49,941 nt of DNA from a virus (lineage: Duplodnaviria > Heunggongvirae > Uroviricota > Caudoviricetes), in IMG/VR virus record IMGVR_UViG_2529293060_000008, one strand, 5' to 3'. The notes beneath the pieces are model-generated. The model worked only from the letters and a program-made list of their open reading frames with translations. It was not told where the DNA came from and ran no database searches. Numbering within the stretch: the first letter of the stretch is position 1; every line of letters starts with the position of its first letter. A program made the position numbers and the translations under genes. This document shows positions 18,057-32,336 of this stretch, piece by piece.

Positions 18057-18539
18057 ATGATAAGTGCAGAAGGACTGCAGCGGTTACTTAATTTATCGGA
18101 GCCTCCATCTGATGAACTGATTGATGTTTATCTTCAATTCTGCATGATTTTTCCTAGGGTCGAGCAAAGTTTTTTTGGTGGCTTTGCTAAGGGGGAAGAC
18201 AGTTTAAATTATGCGCGAACGTTACTTGACGCCGGGATAAAGGTGCCCAACGAACTTTTTCACGATTTTAAGCAGAGATACATTTTGAATGGGGATGCGC
18301 AGGAAAGACTTGACGCCCTCTGTGTCGGTCGAGAGAGAGATAGGCGGGGAATAGTTAATGGACTTCAAAATGACGCAGCAACAGATCTAAACACCATGTC
18401 TACAGTATTAAAGATAGTTATAAGGATAAGAAATAACCTTTTCCACGGAAATAAAGACGCTTATCTTTTTGTTGATTCTCAAGAGCAAGCGCAACTATTG
18501 AGGTGGTGCGTGAGATTTCTCCAAGGATTATTAAATTAA
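18057..18539 (+). CDS. Hypothetical protein with C-terminal Rx4H (HEPN-like) motif
   Basis: 160 aa; ATG preceded by GGAAGG; C-terminal [15 protein letters not shown] contains Rx4H as in HEPN nucleases; family not confirmed. Confidence 0.5.
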   Translation: MISAEGLQRLLNLSEPPSDELIDVYLQFCMIFPRVEQSFFGGFAKGEDSLNYARTLLDAGIKVPNELFHDFKQRYILNGDAQERLDALCVGRERDRRGIVNGLQNDAATDLNTMSTVLKIVIRIRNNLFHGNKDAYLFVDSQEQAQLLRWCVRFLQGLLN

Positions 18540-18728
18540 TCTACCTTTGATTTTCCATAATCAACCAGCAATAATAATGTCACCGGAGCCTGAACAACAT
18601 CGGTGACTTCTGCGCTAAACGGGGACGTTTATGCGCACATACAATCTAAACTCTCTTTTGCTGTCACAGATGCAGAAATGCACCTGCGATTTTTTGCATC
18701 CAGCGTTTGACCTCTGCGGAGGTGAATC

Positions 18729-19184
18729 GTGAACCTCCTACAAGATGGCATCAAATTGCATCGTGGTAACTTCACCGCTATCGGTCAGCAGATCCAGCCT
18801 TATCTGGAGGACGGCAAATGCTTTCGCATGGTGCTTAAACCGTGGCGCGAGAGACGCAGTCTTTCCCAGAATGCACTCAGCCACATGTGGTACAGCGAAA
18901 TCAGTGAATACCTCATCAGCAGGGGTAAAACGTTCGCCACTCCACCTTGGGTAAAAGATGCTCTCAAACACACTTATCTCGGTTATGAAACCAAAGAACT
19001 GGTTGATGTCGTAACCGGTGAAATCACCACCATTCAGTCATTACGTCATACCTCCGATCTCGATACCGGAGAGATGTATGTCTTCCTGTGTAAGGTTGAA
19101 GCCTGGGCGATGAATATTGGCTGCCACCTGACTATTCCGCAGAGCTGCGAGTTCCAGCTGCTCCGCGACAAGCAGGAGGCGTAA
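18729..19184 (+). CDS. ninB: NinB-family recombination protein (YbcN-like)
   Basis: 151 aa, GTG start with GGAGG upstream; [17 protein letters not shown] resembles the NinB motif RSLDQN...LW; followed by ninE as in DLP12. Confidence 0.6.
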   Translation: MNLLQDGIKLHRGNFTAIGQQIQPYLEDGKCFRMVLKPWRERRSLSQNALSHMWYSEISEYLISRGKTFATPPWVKDALKHTYLGYETKELVDVVTGEITTIQSLRHTSDLDTGEMYVFLCKVEAWAMNIGCHLTIPQSCEFQLLRDKQEA

Positions 19185-19354
19185 TGGCTACACCGCTTAT
19201 TCGTGTCATGAACGGACACATCTACAGAGTATCTAATCGTCGTAAGCGTAAGCCTGAGCTGAAGCCATCCGAAATACCAACACTGCTCGGATATACCGCT
19301 AGCCTGGTTGATAAAAAATGGTTGCGACTGGCAGCAAGGAGGAATCATGGCTGA
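19184..19354 (+). CDS. ninE: NinE
   Basis: 56 aa ([56 protein letters not shown]); ATG overlaps the ninB stop (TAATG). Confidence 0.6.
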   Translation: MATPLIRVMNGHIYRVSNRRKRKPELKPSEIPTLLGYTASLVDKKWLRLAARRNHG

Positions 19355-19637
19355 TTTGAGAAAAGCAGCGCGTGGTCGGGAATGCCAGGTAAGAATCCCT
19401 GGCGTATGTAATGGCAATTCTGAGACGTCTGTACTGGCACATATCCGGCTGGCTGGATTGTGCGGTACCGGTATCAAACCGCCAGACCTGATTGCCACCA
19501 TTGCATGTTCTGCCTGCCACGACGAAATCGACCGCCGCACGCATTTTGTTGACGCTGGATATGCAAAAGAATGCGCGCTGGAAGGTATGGCGAGAACGCA
19601 GGTTATCTGGCTGAAAGAGGGGGTAATTAAGGCGTGA
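19347..19637 (+). CDS. YbcO-like protein (DUF1364-like)
   Basis: 96 aa from [23 protein letters not shown]... with AAGGAGG upstream; Cys/His-rich; DLP12-like gene order. Confidence 0.55.
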   Translation: MADLRKAARGRECQVRIPGVCNGNSETSVLAHIRLAGLCGTGIKPPDLIATIACSACHDEIDRRTHFVDAGYAKECALEGMARTQVIWLKEGVIKA

Positions 19638-19996
19638 ATACTTACCACATCACACTACCCTGGCCGCCGAGCAATAACCGCTACTACCGCCATAATCGAG
19701 GGCGCACGCACATCAGCGCAGAAGGGCAGGCATACCGCGATAACGTCGCCCGAATCATTAAAGGCTCAATGCTGGATATCGGTCTGGCTATGCCTGTGAA
19801 AATCCGCATTGAGTGCCACATGCCGGATCGCCGTCGCCGTGACCTGGATAATCTGCAAAAAGCCGCTTTTGACGCACTCACTAAAGCAGGTTTCTGGCTG
19901 GATGATGAGCTGGTCGTTGATTACCGCGTTGTGAAGATGCCTGTTACCAAAGGTGGGAAGCTGGAACTGACCATCACTGAACTGGGAGATGAATGA
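19634..19996 (+). CDS. rusA: RusA Holliday-junction resolvase
   Basis: 120 aa ([42 protein letters not shown]...[25 protein letters not shown]) matching RusA. Confidence 0.85.
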   Translation: MNTYHITLPWPPSNNRYYRHNRGRTHISAEGQAYRDNVARIIKGSMLDIGLAMPVKIRIECHMPDRRRRDLDNLQKAAFDALTKAGFWLDDELVVDYRVVKMPVTKGGKLELTITELGDE

Positions 19997-20133
19997 TGTT
20001 TGAGTCTTATATGGCAGAACTTCTTCGCCACCGCTGGATGCGCCTGCGCTTATATCGTTTCCCCAGTTCTGTTTTGACCGATTACCGAATACTGAGGAAT
20101 TACGCCAAAACCCTGACAGGAGCAGGAGTATGA
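19993..20133 (+). CDS. ylcG: YlcG-like small protein
   Basis: 46-aa ORF overlapping the rusA stop ([26 protein letters not shown]...), in the DLP12-like position before Q. Confidence 0.45.
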   Translation: MMFESYMAELLRHRWMRLRLYRFPSSVLTDYRILRNYAKTLTGAGV

Positions 20134-20218
20134 AGTCAGAGATAACAATCAACTAATACTGTTTTATTGATTTTTGCTTGTAATTGGCGTTCTGGTCTGA
20201 TTTTTGTGGAGTAAGTTG

Positions 20219-20602
20219 ATGCGTGATATTCAGATGGTTCTTGAGCGTTGGGGAGCGTGGGCGGCTAATAATCATGAAGATGTGACCTGGTCGTCCATTG
20301 CCGCCGGTTTTAAGGGATTAATTACTTCAAAAGTAAAATCTCGCCCGCAATGTTGTGACGATGACGCTATGATCATTTGCGGGTGCATGGCCCGTCTGAA
20401 AAAGAACAACAGCGATTTGCACGATTTATTAGTAGATTATTATGTAGTCGGTATGACATTCATGTCACTGGCAGGTAAGCATTGCTGCTCTGATGGTTAT
20501 ATCGGGAAAAGGTTACAGAAGGCTGAGGGCATAATTGAAGGGATGTTAATGGCATTAGATATCCGGTTAGAGATGGATATCGTTGTTAATAACTCTAATT
20601 AA
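20219..20602 (+). CDS. Q: Late antiterminator Q (QuuD-like)
   Basis: 127 aa from [34 protein letters not shown]... with Cys-rich segment; lies just upstream of the lysis region. Confidence 0.7.
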   Translation: MRDIQMVLERWGAWAANNHEDVTWSSIAAGFKGLITSKVKSRPQCCDDDAMIICGCMARLKKNNSDLHDLLVDYYVVGMTFMSLAGKHCCSDGYIGKRLQKAEGIIEGMLMALDIRLEMDIVVNNSN

Positions 20603-20634
20603 TATGCCAATTGTTTACTAAAAATTATTAAAAA

Positions 20635-20772
20635 TGGGGCGTTGAGACGCCCCCAAAAATAAAGGGTAATATATAACAGAAGGTTTATATAGTTAGAAGC
20701 AAGGTTGTGCTTCTAAAGGAAGTGGCTTGAGGGAGCCACTTATATGTTGGGGAGGCAATGCCTCCCGCAACA
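20635..20772 (-). terminator. Cluster of stem-loops between Q and the porin gene
   Basis: GGGGCGTtgAGACGCCCC (20635..20653) followed on the minus strand by ATTTTTAATAATTTTT; further hairpins GAAGTGGCTtgagggAGCCACTT and GGGAGGCAatgCCTCCC just after the porin stop. Confidence 0.4.
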
Positions 20773-20791
20773 TATCTTTTTCGTAATCAGA

Positions 20792-21889
20792 TTAGAACTG
20801 GTAAACCAGACCTACAGCAACGATGTCATCAGTGCTTACACCGAGTGCTTTAGTGAAGTCATTTTTGTCAAGCAGGTTGATTTTGTAATCAACGAAAGTA
20901 GACATATTTTTGTTGAAGTAATAGGTTGCACCTACATCAACATATTTGACTAAGTCCTGATCGCCCCATACTCCAAGATCCTTACCTTTAGATTGCAGGT
21001 AAGCAACGGACGGACGCAGACCGAAATCGAACTGATATTGTGCAACAGCTTCGAAGTTTTGGGCTTTATTAGCAACGAAGTGATCAGCAAATACAGTCAT
21101 ATTCTGGGTTTCAGAATAGGTAGTGGCCAGGTAAATGTTGTTAGCGTCATATTTCAGACCTGCGGCCCAAACTTCTGCATTTTTACCGGAAGCAAATACT
21201 TCAGGAAGAACTTTCCCTGCATTAACTTGAGTGTCGGTACGATCAGATTTTGCATAAGTTGCACCGATACCGAATCCTTCGTATTCATAGGTAGCAGAGA
21301 AACCGAAGCCATCACCGTTACCTTCGGTGTAGTTATCGAAATCGCTACGATCGTTTTTGCCTTGGTACTGAGCAGCAAAGTTCAGACCATCAACCAGGCC
21401 AAAGAAGTCGTTGTTACGATAGGTTGCAACACCAGTGGTGCGACCAGTCATGAACACATCTGTTTGGGTCCAGGTATCGCCACCGAATTCTGGCAGAACG
21501 TCAGTCCACGCACCGATGTCGTATGCTACACCGTAGTTACGGCCGTAATCGATTGAGCCGTAGTCACCGAATTTCAGGCCTGCAAATGCAAGACGGGTTT
21601 TGTCTTTGGAGGAACCTTGAGATTCAGCGCGGTTGCCTTTGAATTCATATTCCCACTGACCGAAACCAGTCAGTTGATCGTTGATTTGGGTTTCACCTTT
21701 GAAGCCAAGACGGGCATAAGTAGTATCACCATCATCTGCATCATTAGAGGAGAAGTAGTGCTTAGCATTAACTTTCCCGTACAGATCCAGCTTGTTACTG
21801 TCTTTATTATAAATTTCAGCTGCCTGAGCAGACATCGCCATCAGTACTGATGCAGCTACAGCAGAAATTGCCACTGTTAATTTTTTCAT
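20792..21889 (-). CDS. nmpC: Outer-membrane general porin (NmpC / Lc / OmpC family), lysogenic-conversion gene
   Basis: 365 aa with signal peptide ([23 protein letters not shown]), AEIYNKD...GKVNAKHYF start and C-terminal ...VGLVYQF, typical of enterobacterial porins; antisense to the late operon as nmpC is in DLP12. Confidence 0.85.
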   Translation of the reverse strand: MKKLTVAISAVAASVLMAMSAQAAEIYNKDSNKLDLYGKVNAKHYFSSNDADDGDTTYARLGFKGETQINDQLTGFGQWEYEFKGNRAESQGSSKDKTRLAFAGLKFGDYGSIDYGRNYGVAYDIGAWTDVLPEFGGDTWTQTDVFMTGRTTGVATYRNNDFFGLVDGLNFAAQYQGKNDRSDFDNYTEGNGDGFGFSATYEYEGFGIGATYAKSDRTDTQVNAGKVLPEVFASGKNAEVWAAGLKYDANNIYLATTYSETQNMTVFADHFVANKAQNFEAVAQYQFDFGLRPSVAYLQSKGKDLGVWGDQDLVKYVDVGATYYFNKNMSTFVDYKINLLDKNDFTKALGVSTDDIVAVGLVYQF

Positions 21890-22477
21890 CGTGAGCCCTT
21901 TTTTTTGAACTATTATTAAAAAATGATGTCACTGCGCGATAAATATTCATCTAATCAATGTGATTATTTCAAGATGTAAGTTTTAGTTTCTCATTTAATT
22001 TGTGAAGTAGATCTCTATTTTTATCTGAACTTTTTCTATCGAAACCTATTTATGGCTCTTATTTGAACAAAAATAAACCTATTAGCTAATTTATATTAAT
22101 GGCTGTTATTTATGGGGGTTCTATAATTCGGCAGTTTAATTTAAATCAACTAAAAATAACGTCTGAAATTATTTATTGGTTATTTGTTGAGGTTTTCTTA
22201 TGTATTTGTGGTGGAGTTTTGAACACTCGGTAGCATTCTCATAAATATCATTCAGTGGTTTACGTACGTAAAAAATTGGTTATGCTGTTAAGAGTGGTTA
22301 CTTCGTCACACAGCTTAAACCCGCCGTCGAGCTGGTTTTTCCATTTTTTGAGTCTCGATATTAGCTGATAACTCAATACCTGAGTTATTCACTGACTCCG
22401 AGTCTGTTACGTTTCTGCTTTTTTGCGATACGTTGTATTCCCTCAATTTACACCCGCTTTGTCTGCGAGGTGGGGTT

Positions 22478-22693
22478 ATGAAATCCATGGATAAGTTAAC
22501 AACGGGTGTCGCCTATGGCACCTCAGCAGGTAGTGCCGGTTACTGGTTTTTACAGCTGCTCGATAAAGTCACGCCCTCACAGTGGGCAGCAATAGGTGTG
22601 CTGGGTAGCCTGGTATTTGGCCTGCTGACGTACCTGACAAACCTTTATTTCAAGATTAAAGAAGATAAGCGCAAGGCTGCGAGAGGTGAATAA
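22478..22693 (+). CDS. S: Holin (phage-21 S-type pinholin)
   Basis: 71 aa [71 protein letters not shown], closely resembling S21; GAGG upstream; dual-start Met pattern (M1/M4). Confidence 0.85.
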
Positions 22694-23190
22694 TGCCTCC
22701 ATCATTACGAAAAGCCGTTGCTGCTGCTATTGGTGGCGGAGCAATTGCTATAGCATCAGTGTTAATCACTGGCCCAAGTGGTAACGATGGTCTGGAAGGT
22801 GTCAGCTACATACCATACAAAGATATTGTTGGTGTATGGACTGTATGTCACGGGCATACAGGAAAAGACATCATGCTCGGTAAAACGTATACCAAAGCAG
22901 AATGCAAAGCCCTCCTGAATAAAGACCTTGCCACGGTCGCCAGACAAATTAACCCGTACATAAAAGTTGATATACCGGAAACAACGCGCGGCGCTCTTTA
23001 CTTGTTCGTTTACAACGTGGGCGCTGGCAATTTCAGAACATCGACGCTTCTTCGCAAAATAAACCAGGGCGATATCAAAGGCGCATGTGATCAGCTACGT
23101 CGCTGGACATATGCTGGCGGTAAGCAATGGAAAGGTCTCATGACTCGTCGTGAGATTGAGCGTGAAATCTGTTTGTGGGGTCAGCAATGA
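22693..23190 (+). CDS. R: SAR endolysin (lysozyme)
   Basis: 165 aa with N-terminal hydrophobic signal-anchor segment ([18 protein letters not shown]) and lysozyme-like core; overlaps the holin stop. Confidence 0.85.
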   Translation: MPPSLRKAVAAAIGGGAIAIASVLITGPSGNDGLEGVSYIPYKDIVGVWTVCHGHTGKDIMLGKTYTKAECKALLNKDLATVARQINPYIKVDIPETTRGALYLFVYNVGAGNFRTSTLLRKINQGDIKGACDQLRRWTYAGGKQWKGLMTRREIEREICLWGQQ

Positions 23191-23648
23191 ACAGAGTAAC
23201 CGCGATTATCTCCGCTCTGGTTATCTGCATCATCGTTTGCCTGTCATGGGCTGTTAATCATTACCGTGATAACGCCATTACCTACAAAGCCCAGCGCGAC
23301 AAAAATGCCAGAGAACTGAAGCTGGCGAACGCGGCAATTACTGACATGCAGATGCGTCAGCGTGATGTTGCTGCGCTCGATGCAAAATACACGAAGGAGT
23401 TAGCTGATGCGAAAGCTGAAAATGATGCTCTGCGTGATGATGTTGCCGCTGGTCGTCGTCGGTTGCACATCAAAGCAGTCTGTCAGTCAGTGCGTGAAGC
23501 CACCACCGCCTCCGGCGTGGATAATGCAGCCTCCCCCCGACTGGCAGACACCGCTGAACGGGATTATTTCACCCTCAGAGAGAGGCTGATCACTATGCAA
23601 AAACAACTGGAAGGAACCCAGAAGTATATTAATGAGCAGTGCAGATAG
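23187..23648 (+). CDS. Rz: i-spanin Rz
   Basis: 153 aa with N-terminal transmembrane segment and coiled coil; matches lambda Rz. Confidence 0.85.
   Translation: MNRVTAIISALVICIIVCLSWAVNHYRDNAITYKAQRDKNARELKLANAAITDMQMRQRDVAALDAKYTKELADAKAENDALRDDVAAGRRRLHIKAVCQSVREATTASGVDNAASPRLADTAERDYFTLRERLITMQKQLEGTQKYINEQCR
23407..23589 (+). CDS. Rz1: o-spanin Rz1 (lipoprotein) embedded in Rz in the +1 frame
   Basis: 60 aa [24 protein letters not shown]...PPPPPAW, lipobox VVGC and proline-rich, as lambda Rz1. Confidence 0.85.
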   Translation: MRKLKMMLCVMMLPLVVVGCTSKQSVSQCVKPPPPPAWIMQPPPDWQTPLNGIISPSERG

Positions 23649-23679
23649 AGCTGCCCATATCGATGGGCAACTCATGCAA

Positions 23680-23973
23680 TTATTGTGAGCAATACACACG
23701 CGCTTCCAGCGGAGTATAAATGCCTAAAGTAATAAAACCGAGAAATCCATTTACGAATGTTTGCTGGGTTTCTGTTTTAACAACATTTTCTGCGCCGCCA
23801 CAAATTTTGGCTGCATCAACAGTTTTCTCCTGTCCAATTCCCGAAACGAAGAAGTGATGGGTGATGGTTTCCTTTGGTGTTACTGCTGTCGGTTTGTTTC
23901 CAACAGTAAACGTCTGTTGAGCACATCCTGTAATAAGCATTGCCAGAGCGGCAGAAAACAACATTTTTTTCAT
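23680..23973 (-). CDS. bor: Bor lipoprotein (serum-resistance, lysogenic conversion)
   Basis: 97 aa from MKKMLFSAALAMLITGCAQQTFTV... matching lambda Bor; lipobox ITGC. Confidence 0.9.
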   Translation of the reverse strand: MKKMLFSAALAMLITGCAQQTFTVGNKPTAVTPKETITHHFFVSGIGQEKTVDAAKICGGAENVVKTETQQTFVNGFLGFITLGIYTPLEARVYCSQ

Positions 23974-24335
23974 CTTATTATCCTGCATTGTTAAAAACGG
24001 CAGAATCCTATGTGACAACAATTAAACGATAGTTAAATGGATTGATGAAAATTAAAACTATATAGGTGTACGCTCAGACTATTGGAGGAAGTTGGGGACA
24101 CTCAGAATCCTGTGGAATGAAATAAACCGGTCTATCCGTCTATTACCCTTTTAGCTGCGCTGTATCGTCGCCGTATTCCCGCATTAACCATGACCGTAGC
24201 CCGACGGGGAATTCCTTCTGCGTGAGTGTGCGGGAATAATCAAAAACGATGCACACCGGGTTTTACTGTGCTGACAGACGCAGGGTTACCCTCATAGTCG
24301 CTTTTCCGGTGCGATGGTGGAAGAAACCGGGATGT

Positions 24336-24530
24336 TCATCCATCATCACTTTGGATTGATGTATATGCTCTCTTTTCTGACGTTAGTCTCCGACGGCAGG
24401 CTTCAATGACCCAGGCTGAGAAATTCCCAGACCCTTTTTGCTCAAGAGCGATGTTAATTTGTTCAATCATTTGGTTAGGAAAGCGGATGTTGCGGGTTGT
24501 TGTTCTGCGGGTTCTGTTCTTCGTTGACAT
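24336..24530 (-). CDS. Hypothetical small protein, possible ribbon-helix-helix fold
   Basis: 64 aa; RNIRFPNQMIEQINIALEQKGSGNFSAWVIEACRRRL resembles the beta-strand plus two-helix layout of Arc/CopG proteins; lies in the bor-cos interval. Confidence 0.3.
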   Translation of the reverse strand: MSTKNRTRRTTTRNIRFPNQMIEQINIALEQKGSGNFSAWVIEACRRRLTSEKRAYTSIQSDDG

Positions 24531-24729
24531 GAGGTTGCCCCGTATTCAGTGTCGCTGATTTGTATTGTCTGAAGTTGTTTTTACGTTAAGTTGATGCAGA
24601 TCAATTAATACGATACCTGCGTCATAATTGATTATTTGACGTGGTTTGATGGCGTAGATGCACGTTGTGACATGTAGATGATAATTATTATCATTTTTCG
24701 GGTCCTTTCCGGCGATCCGACAGGTTACG

Positions 24730-24900
24730 GGGCGGCGACCTCGCGGGTTTTCGCTATTTATGAAAATTTTCCGGTTTAAGGCGTTTCCGTTCTTCTTCGT
24801 CATAACTTAATGTTTTTATTTAAAATACCCTCTGAAAAGAAAGGAAGCGACAGGTGCTGAAAGCGAGCTTTTTGGCCTCTGTCGTTTCCTTTCTCTGTTT
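24730..24900. other. cos: cos site: cosN cohesive end GGGCGGCGACCT (24730..24741) followed by cosB
   Basis: Sequence ...ggttacgGGGCGGCGACCTcgcgggttttcgctatttatgaaaattttccggtttaaggcgtttccgttcttcttcgtcataacttaatg... matches the lambda left end as recalled; nu1 starts just downstream. Confidence 0.9.
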
Positions 24901-24918
24901 TTGTCCGTGGAATGAACA

Positions 24919-25438
24919 ATGGAAGTCAACAAAAAGCAGCTGGCTGACATTTTCGGTGCGAGTATCCGTACCATTCAGAACTGGCAGGAACAGGGAATGC
25001 CCGTTCTGCGAGGCGGTGGCAAGGGTAATAAGGTGCTTTATGACTCTGCCGCCGTCATAAAATGGTATGCCGAAAGGGATGCTGAAATTGAGAACGAAAA
25101 GCTGCGCCGGGAGGTTGAAGAACTGCGGCAGGCCAGCGAGGCAGATCTCCAGCCAGGGACTATTGAGTACGAACGCCATCGACTTACGCGTGCGCAGGCC
25201 GACGCACAGGAACTGAAGAATGCCAGAGACTCCGCTGAAGTGGTGGAAACCGCATTCTGTACTTTCGTGTTGTCGCGGATCGCAGGTGAAATTGCCAGTA
25301 TTCTCGACGGGATCCCCCTGTCGGTGCAGCGGCGTTTTCCGGAACTGGAAAACCGACATGTTGATTTCCTGAAACGGGATATCATCAAAGCCATGAACAA
25401 AGCAGCCGCGCTGGATGAACTGATACCGGGGTTGCTGA

Positions 25439-25464
<26 letters not shown>
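24919..25464 (+). CDS. nu1: Terminase small subunit Nu1
   Basis: 181 aa matching lambda Nu1 as recalled (MEVNKKQLADIFGASIRTIQNWQEQGMPVLRGGGKGN...). Confidence 0.95.
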
Positions 25465-29145
<3,681 letters not shown>

Positions 29146-29165
<20 letters not shown>

Positions 29166-30465
29166 TCTCCCGCATATTGCCAGTATGGCCTTTAATGAGC
29201 CGCTGATGCTTGAACCCGCCTATGCGCGGGTTTTCTTTTGTGCGCTTGCAGGCCAGCTTGGGATCAGCCGCCTGACGGATGCGGTGTCCGGCGACAGCCT
29301 GACTGCCGGAGAGGCACCCGCGGCGCTGGCGTTATCCGTTGATGATGACGGACCACGACAGGCCCGCAGTTATCAGGTCATGAACGGCATCGCCGTGCTG
29401 CCGGTGTCCGGCACGCTGGTCAGCCGGACGCGGGCGCTGCAGCCGTATTCGGGGATGACCGGTTACAACGGCATTATCGCCCGTCTGCAACAGGCTGCCA
29501 GCGATCCGATGGTGGACGGCATTCTGCTGGATATGGACACACCGGGCGGGATGGTGGCGGGAGCATTTGACTGTGCTGACATCATCGCCCGTGTGCGAGA
29601 CATAAAACCGGTATGGGCGCTGGCCAACGACATGAACTGCAGTGCAGGTCAGCTGCTTGCCAGCGCCGCCTCCCGGCGTCTGGTCACGCAGACCGCCCGG
29701 ACAGGCTCCATCGGCGTCATGATGGCTCACAGTAATTACGGTGCTGCGCTGGAGAAACAGGGCGTGGAAATCACGCTGATTTACAGCGGCAGCCATAAGG
29801 TGGATGGCAACCCCTACAGCCATCTACCGGATGATGTCCGGGAAACACTGCAGTCCCGGATGGATGCAACCCGCCGGATGTTTGCACAGAAGGTGTCGGC
29901 ATATACCGGCCTGTCCGTGCAGGCTGTGCTGGATACCGAGGCTGCAGTGTACAGCGGTCAGGAGGCCATTGATGCCGGACTGGCTGATGAACTTGTGAAC
30001 AGTACCGATGCGATCACCGTCATGCGTGATGCACTGGATGCACGTAAATCCCGTCTCTCAGGAGGGCGAATGACCAAAGAGACTCAATCAACAACTGTTT
30101 CAGCCATTGCTTCGCAGGCTGACGTTACTGGCGTGGTGCAAGCGACGGAGGGCGAGAACGCCAGCGCTGCGCAGCCGGACGTGAACGCGCAGATCACCGC
30201 AGCGGTTGCGGCAGAAAACAGTCGCATTATGGGGATCCTCAACTGTGAGGAGGCTCACGGACGCGAAGAACAGGCATGCGTGCTGGCCGAAACCCCCGGT
30301 ATGACCGTGGAAACGGCCCGCCGTATTCTGGCCGCAGCACCACAGAGTGCACAGGCGCGCAGTGACACTGCGCTGGATCGTCTGATGCAGGGGGCACCGG
30401 CACCGCTGGCTGCAGGTAACCCGGCATCTGATGCCGTTAACGATTTGCTGAACACACCAGTGTAA
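29146..30465 (+). CDS. C: Prohead protease / scaffold C (with in-frame Nu3)
   Basis: GTG start at 29146 gives VTAELRNLPHIASMAFNEPLMLEPAYARVFF..., matching lambda gpC; the track ORF extends further upstream into B. Confidence 0.9.
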
Positions 30466-30474
30466 GGGATGTTT

Positions 30475-30807
30475 ATGACGAGCAAAGAAACCTTTACCCA
30501 TTACCAGCCGCTGGGCAACAGTGACCCGGCTCATACCGCAACCGCGCCCGGCGGGTTGAGTGCGAAAGCGCCTGCAATGACCCCGCTGATGCTGGACACC
30601 TCCACCCGTAAGCTGGTTGCGTGGGATGGCACCACCGACGGTGCTGCCGTTGGCATTCTTGCAGTTGCTGCTGACCAGACCAGCACCACACTGACGTTCT
30701 ACAAGTCCGGCACGTTCCGTTATGAGGATGTGCTCTGGCCGGAGGCTGCCAGCGACGAGACGAAAAAACGGACCGCGTTTGCCGGAACGGCAATCAGCAT
30801 CGTTTAA
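30475..30807 (+). CDS. D: Capsid decoration protein D
   Basis: [43 protein letters not shown]... matches lambda gpD. Confidence 0.95.
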   Translation: MTSKETFTHYQPLGNSDPAHTATAPGGLSAKAPAMTPLMLDTSTRKLVAWDGTTDGAAVGILAVAADQTSTTLTFYKSGTFRYEDVLWPEAASDETKKRTAFAGTAISIV

Positions 30808-30828
30808 CCTGACCCTTCATCACTAAAG

Positions 30829-30849
30829 GCCGCCTGTGCGGCTTTTTTT
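30829..30849 (+). terminator. Short stem-loop plus T-run between D and E (possible attenuator)
   Basis: GCCGC-ctgt-GCGGC followed by TTTTTTT. Confidence 0.35.
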
Positions 30850-30862
30850 ACGGGATTTTTTT

Positions 30863-31888
30863 ATGTCGATGTACACAACCGCCCAGCTGCTGGCGGCAAA
30901 TGAGCAGAAATTTAAGTTTGATCCGCTGTTTCTGCGTCTCTTTTTCCGTGAGAGCTATCCCTTCACCACGGAGAAAGTCTATCTCTCACAAATTCCTGGA
31001 CTGGTAAACATGGCGCTGTACGTTTCGCCAATTGTTTCCGGTGAGGTTATCCGTTCCCGTGGCGGCTCCACCTCTGAATTTACGCCGGGTTATGTCAAGC
31101 CGAAGCATGAGGTGAATCCGCAGATGACCCTGCGTCGCCTGCCGGATGAAGATCCGCAGAATCTGGCGGACCCGGCTTACCGCCGCCGTCGCATCATCCT
31201 GCAGAACATGCGTGACGAAGAGCTGGCCATTGCTCAGGTCGAAGAGATGCAGGCAGTTTCTGCCGTGCTCAAGGGCAAATACACCATGACCGGTGAAGCC
31301 TTCGATCCGGTTGAGGTGGATATGGGCCGCAGTGCGGCGAACAACATCACGCAGTCCGGCGGCACGGAGTGGAGCAAGCGTGACAAGTCCACGTATGACC
31401 CGACCGACGATATCGAAGCCTACGCGCTGAACGCCAGCGGCGTGGTGAATATCATCGTGTTTGATCCGAAAGGCTGGGCGCTGTTCCGTTCCTTCAAAGC
31501 CGTCAAGGAGAAGCTGGATACCCGTCGCGGCTCTAATTCCGAGCTGGAGACAGCGGTAAAAGACCTGGGCGAAGCGGTGTCCTATAAGGGGATGTATGGC
31601 GATACGGCGATCGTCGTGTATTCCGGACAGTACGTGGAAAACGACGTCAAAAAGAACTTCCTGCCGGACAACACGATGGTGCTGGGGAACACTCAGGCAC
31701 GCGGTCTGCGCACCTATGGCTGCATTCAGGATGCGGACGCACAGCGCGAAGGTATTAACGCCTCTGCCCGCTACCCGAAAAACTGGGTGACCACCGGCGA
31801 TCCGGCGCGTGAGTTCACCATGATTCAGTCAGCACCGCTGATGCTGCTGGCTGATCCTGATGCGTTCGTGTCCGTACAACTGGCGTAA
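30863..31888 (+). CDS. E: Major capsid protein E
   Basis: MSMYTTAQLLAANEQKFKFDPLFLRLFFRESYPFTTEKVYLSQIPGLVNMALYVSPIVSGEV... matches lambda gpE. Confidence 0.95.
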   Translation: MSMYTTAQLLAANEQKFKFDPLFLRLFFRESYPFTTEKVYLSQIPGLVNMALYVSPIVSGEVIRSRGGSTSEFTPGYVKPKHEVNPQMTLRRLPDEDPQNLADPAYRRRRIILQNMRDEELAIAQVEEMQAVSAVLKGKYTMTGEAFDPVEVDMGRSAANNITQSGGTEWSKRDKSTYDPTDDIEAYALNASGVVNIIVFDPKGWALFRSFKAVKEKLDTRRGSNSELETAVKDLGEAVSYKGMYGDTAIVVYSGQYVENDVKKNFLPDNTMVLGNTQARGLRTYGCIQDADAQREGINASARYPKNWVTTGDPAREFTMIQSAPLMLLADPDAFVSVQLA

Positions 31889-31929
31889 TCATGGCCCTTC
31901 GGGGCCATTTTCTCTCTGTGGAGGAGTCC

Positions 31930-32325
31930 ATGACGAAAGATGAACTGATTGCCCGTCTTCAGGTGCTGGGTGAGCAACTGAACCGTGATGTCAGCCTGAC
32001 GGGGACGAAAGAAGAACTGGTGCTCCGTGTGGCAGAGCTGGAAGAGGAGCTTGATGACACGGATGACGCTGCCGGTCAGGACACATCTGTCAGCCCGGAA
32101 AATGCGCTGACCGGACATGAAAATGAGGTGGTATCAGCGCAGCCGGATACCGTGATTGATACGGCTGCTCTGGTCACGGTCGTGGCACTGGTGACGCTGC
32201 ATACTGATGCACTTCACGCCACGCGGGATGAGCCTGTGGCATTTGTGCTGCCGGGAACGGCGTTTCGTGTCTCTGCCGGTGTGGCAGCCGAAATGACAGA
32301 ACATGGCCTGGCCAGAATGCAATAA
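31930..32325 (+). CDS. FI: DNA-packaging protein FI
   Basis: MTKDELIARLQVLGEQLNRDVSLTGTKEELVLRVAELEEELDD... matches lambda FI; start at the ATG after GGAGG. Confidence 0.9.
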   Translation: MTKDELIARLQVLGEQLNRDVSLTGTKEELVLRVAELEEELDDTDDAAGQDTSVSPENALTGHENEVVSAQPDTVIDTAALVTVVALVTLHTDALHATRDEPVAFVLPGTAFRVSAGVAAEMTEHGLARMQ

Positions 32326-32336
32326 CGGGAGGCGCT

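Noticed and set aside
19046-19648. 200-aa minus-strand ORF over ninE and ybcO
   Set aside because: Antisense to a tightly packed set of recognisable nin genes; no support.
20603-20791. Possible tRNA genes downstream of Q, as found in some lambdoid phages
   Set aside because: The interval contains only simple hairpins; no cloverleaf-compatible sequence was recognised by eye.
24546-24803. 85-aa minus-strand ORF across the cos site
   Set aside because: Overlaps cosN and cosB, which match the non-coding lambda left end; not plausible as a gene.
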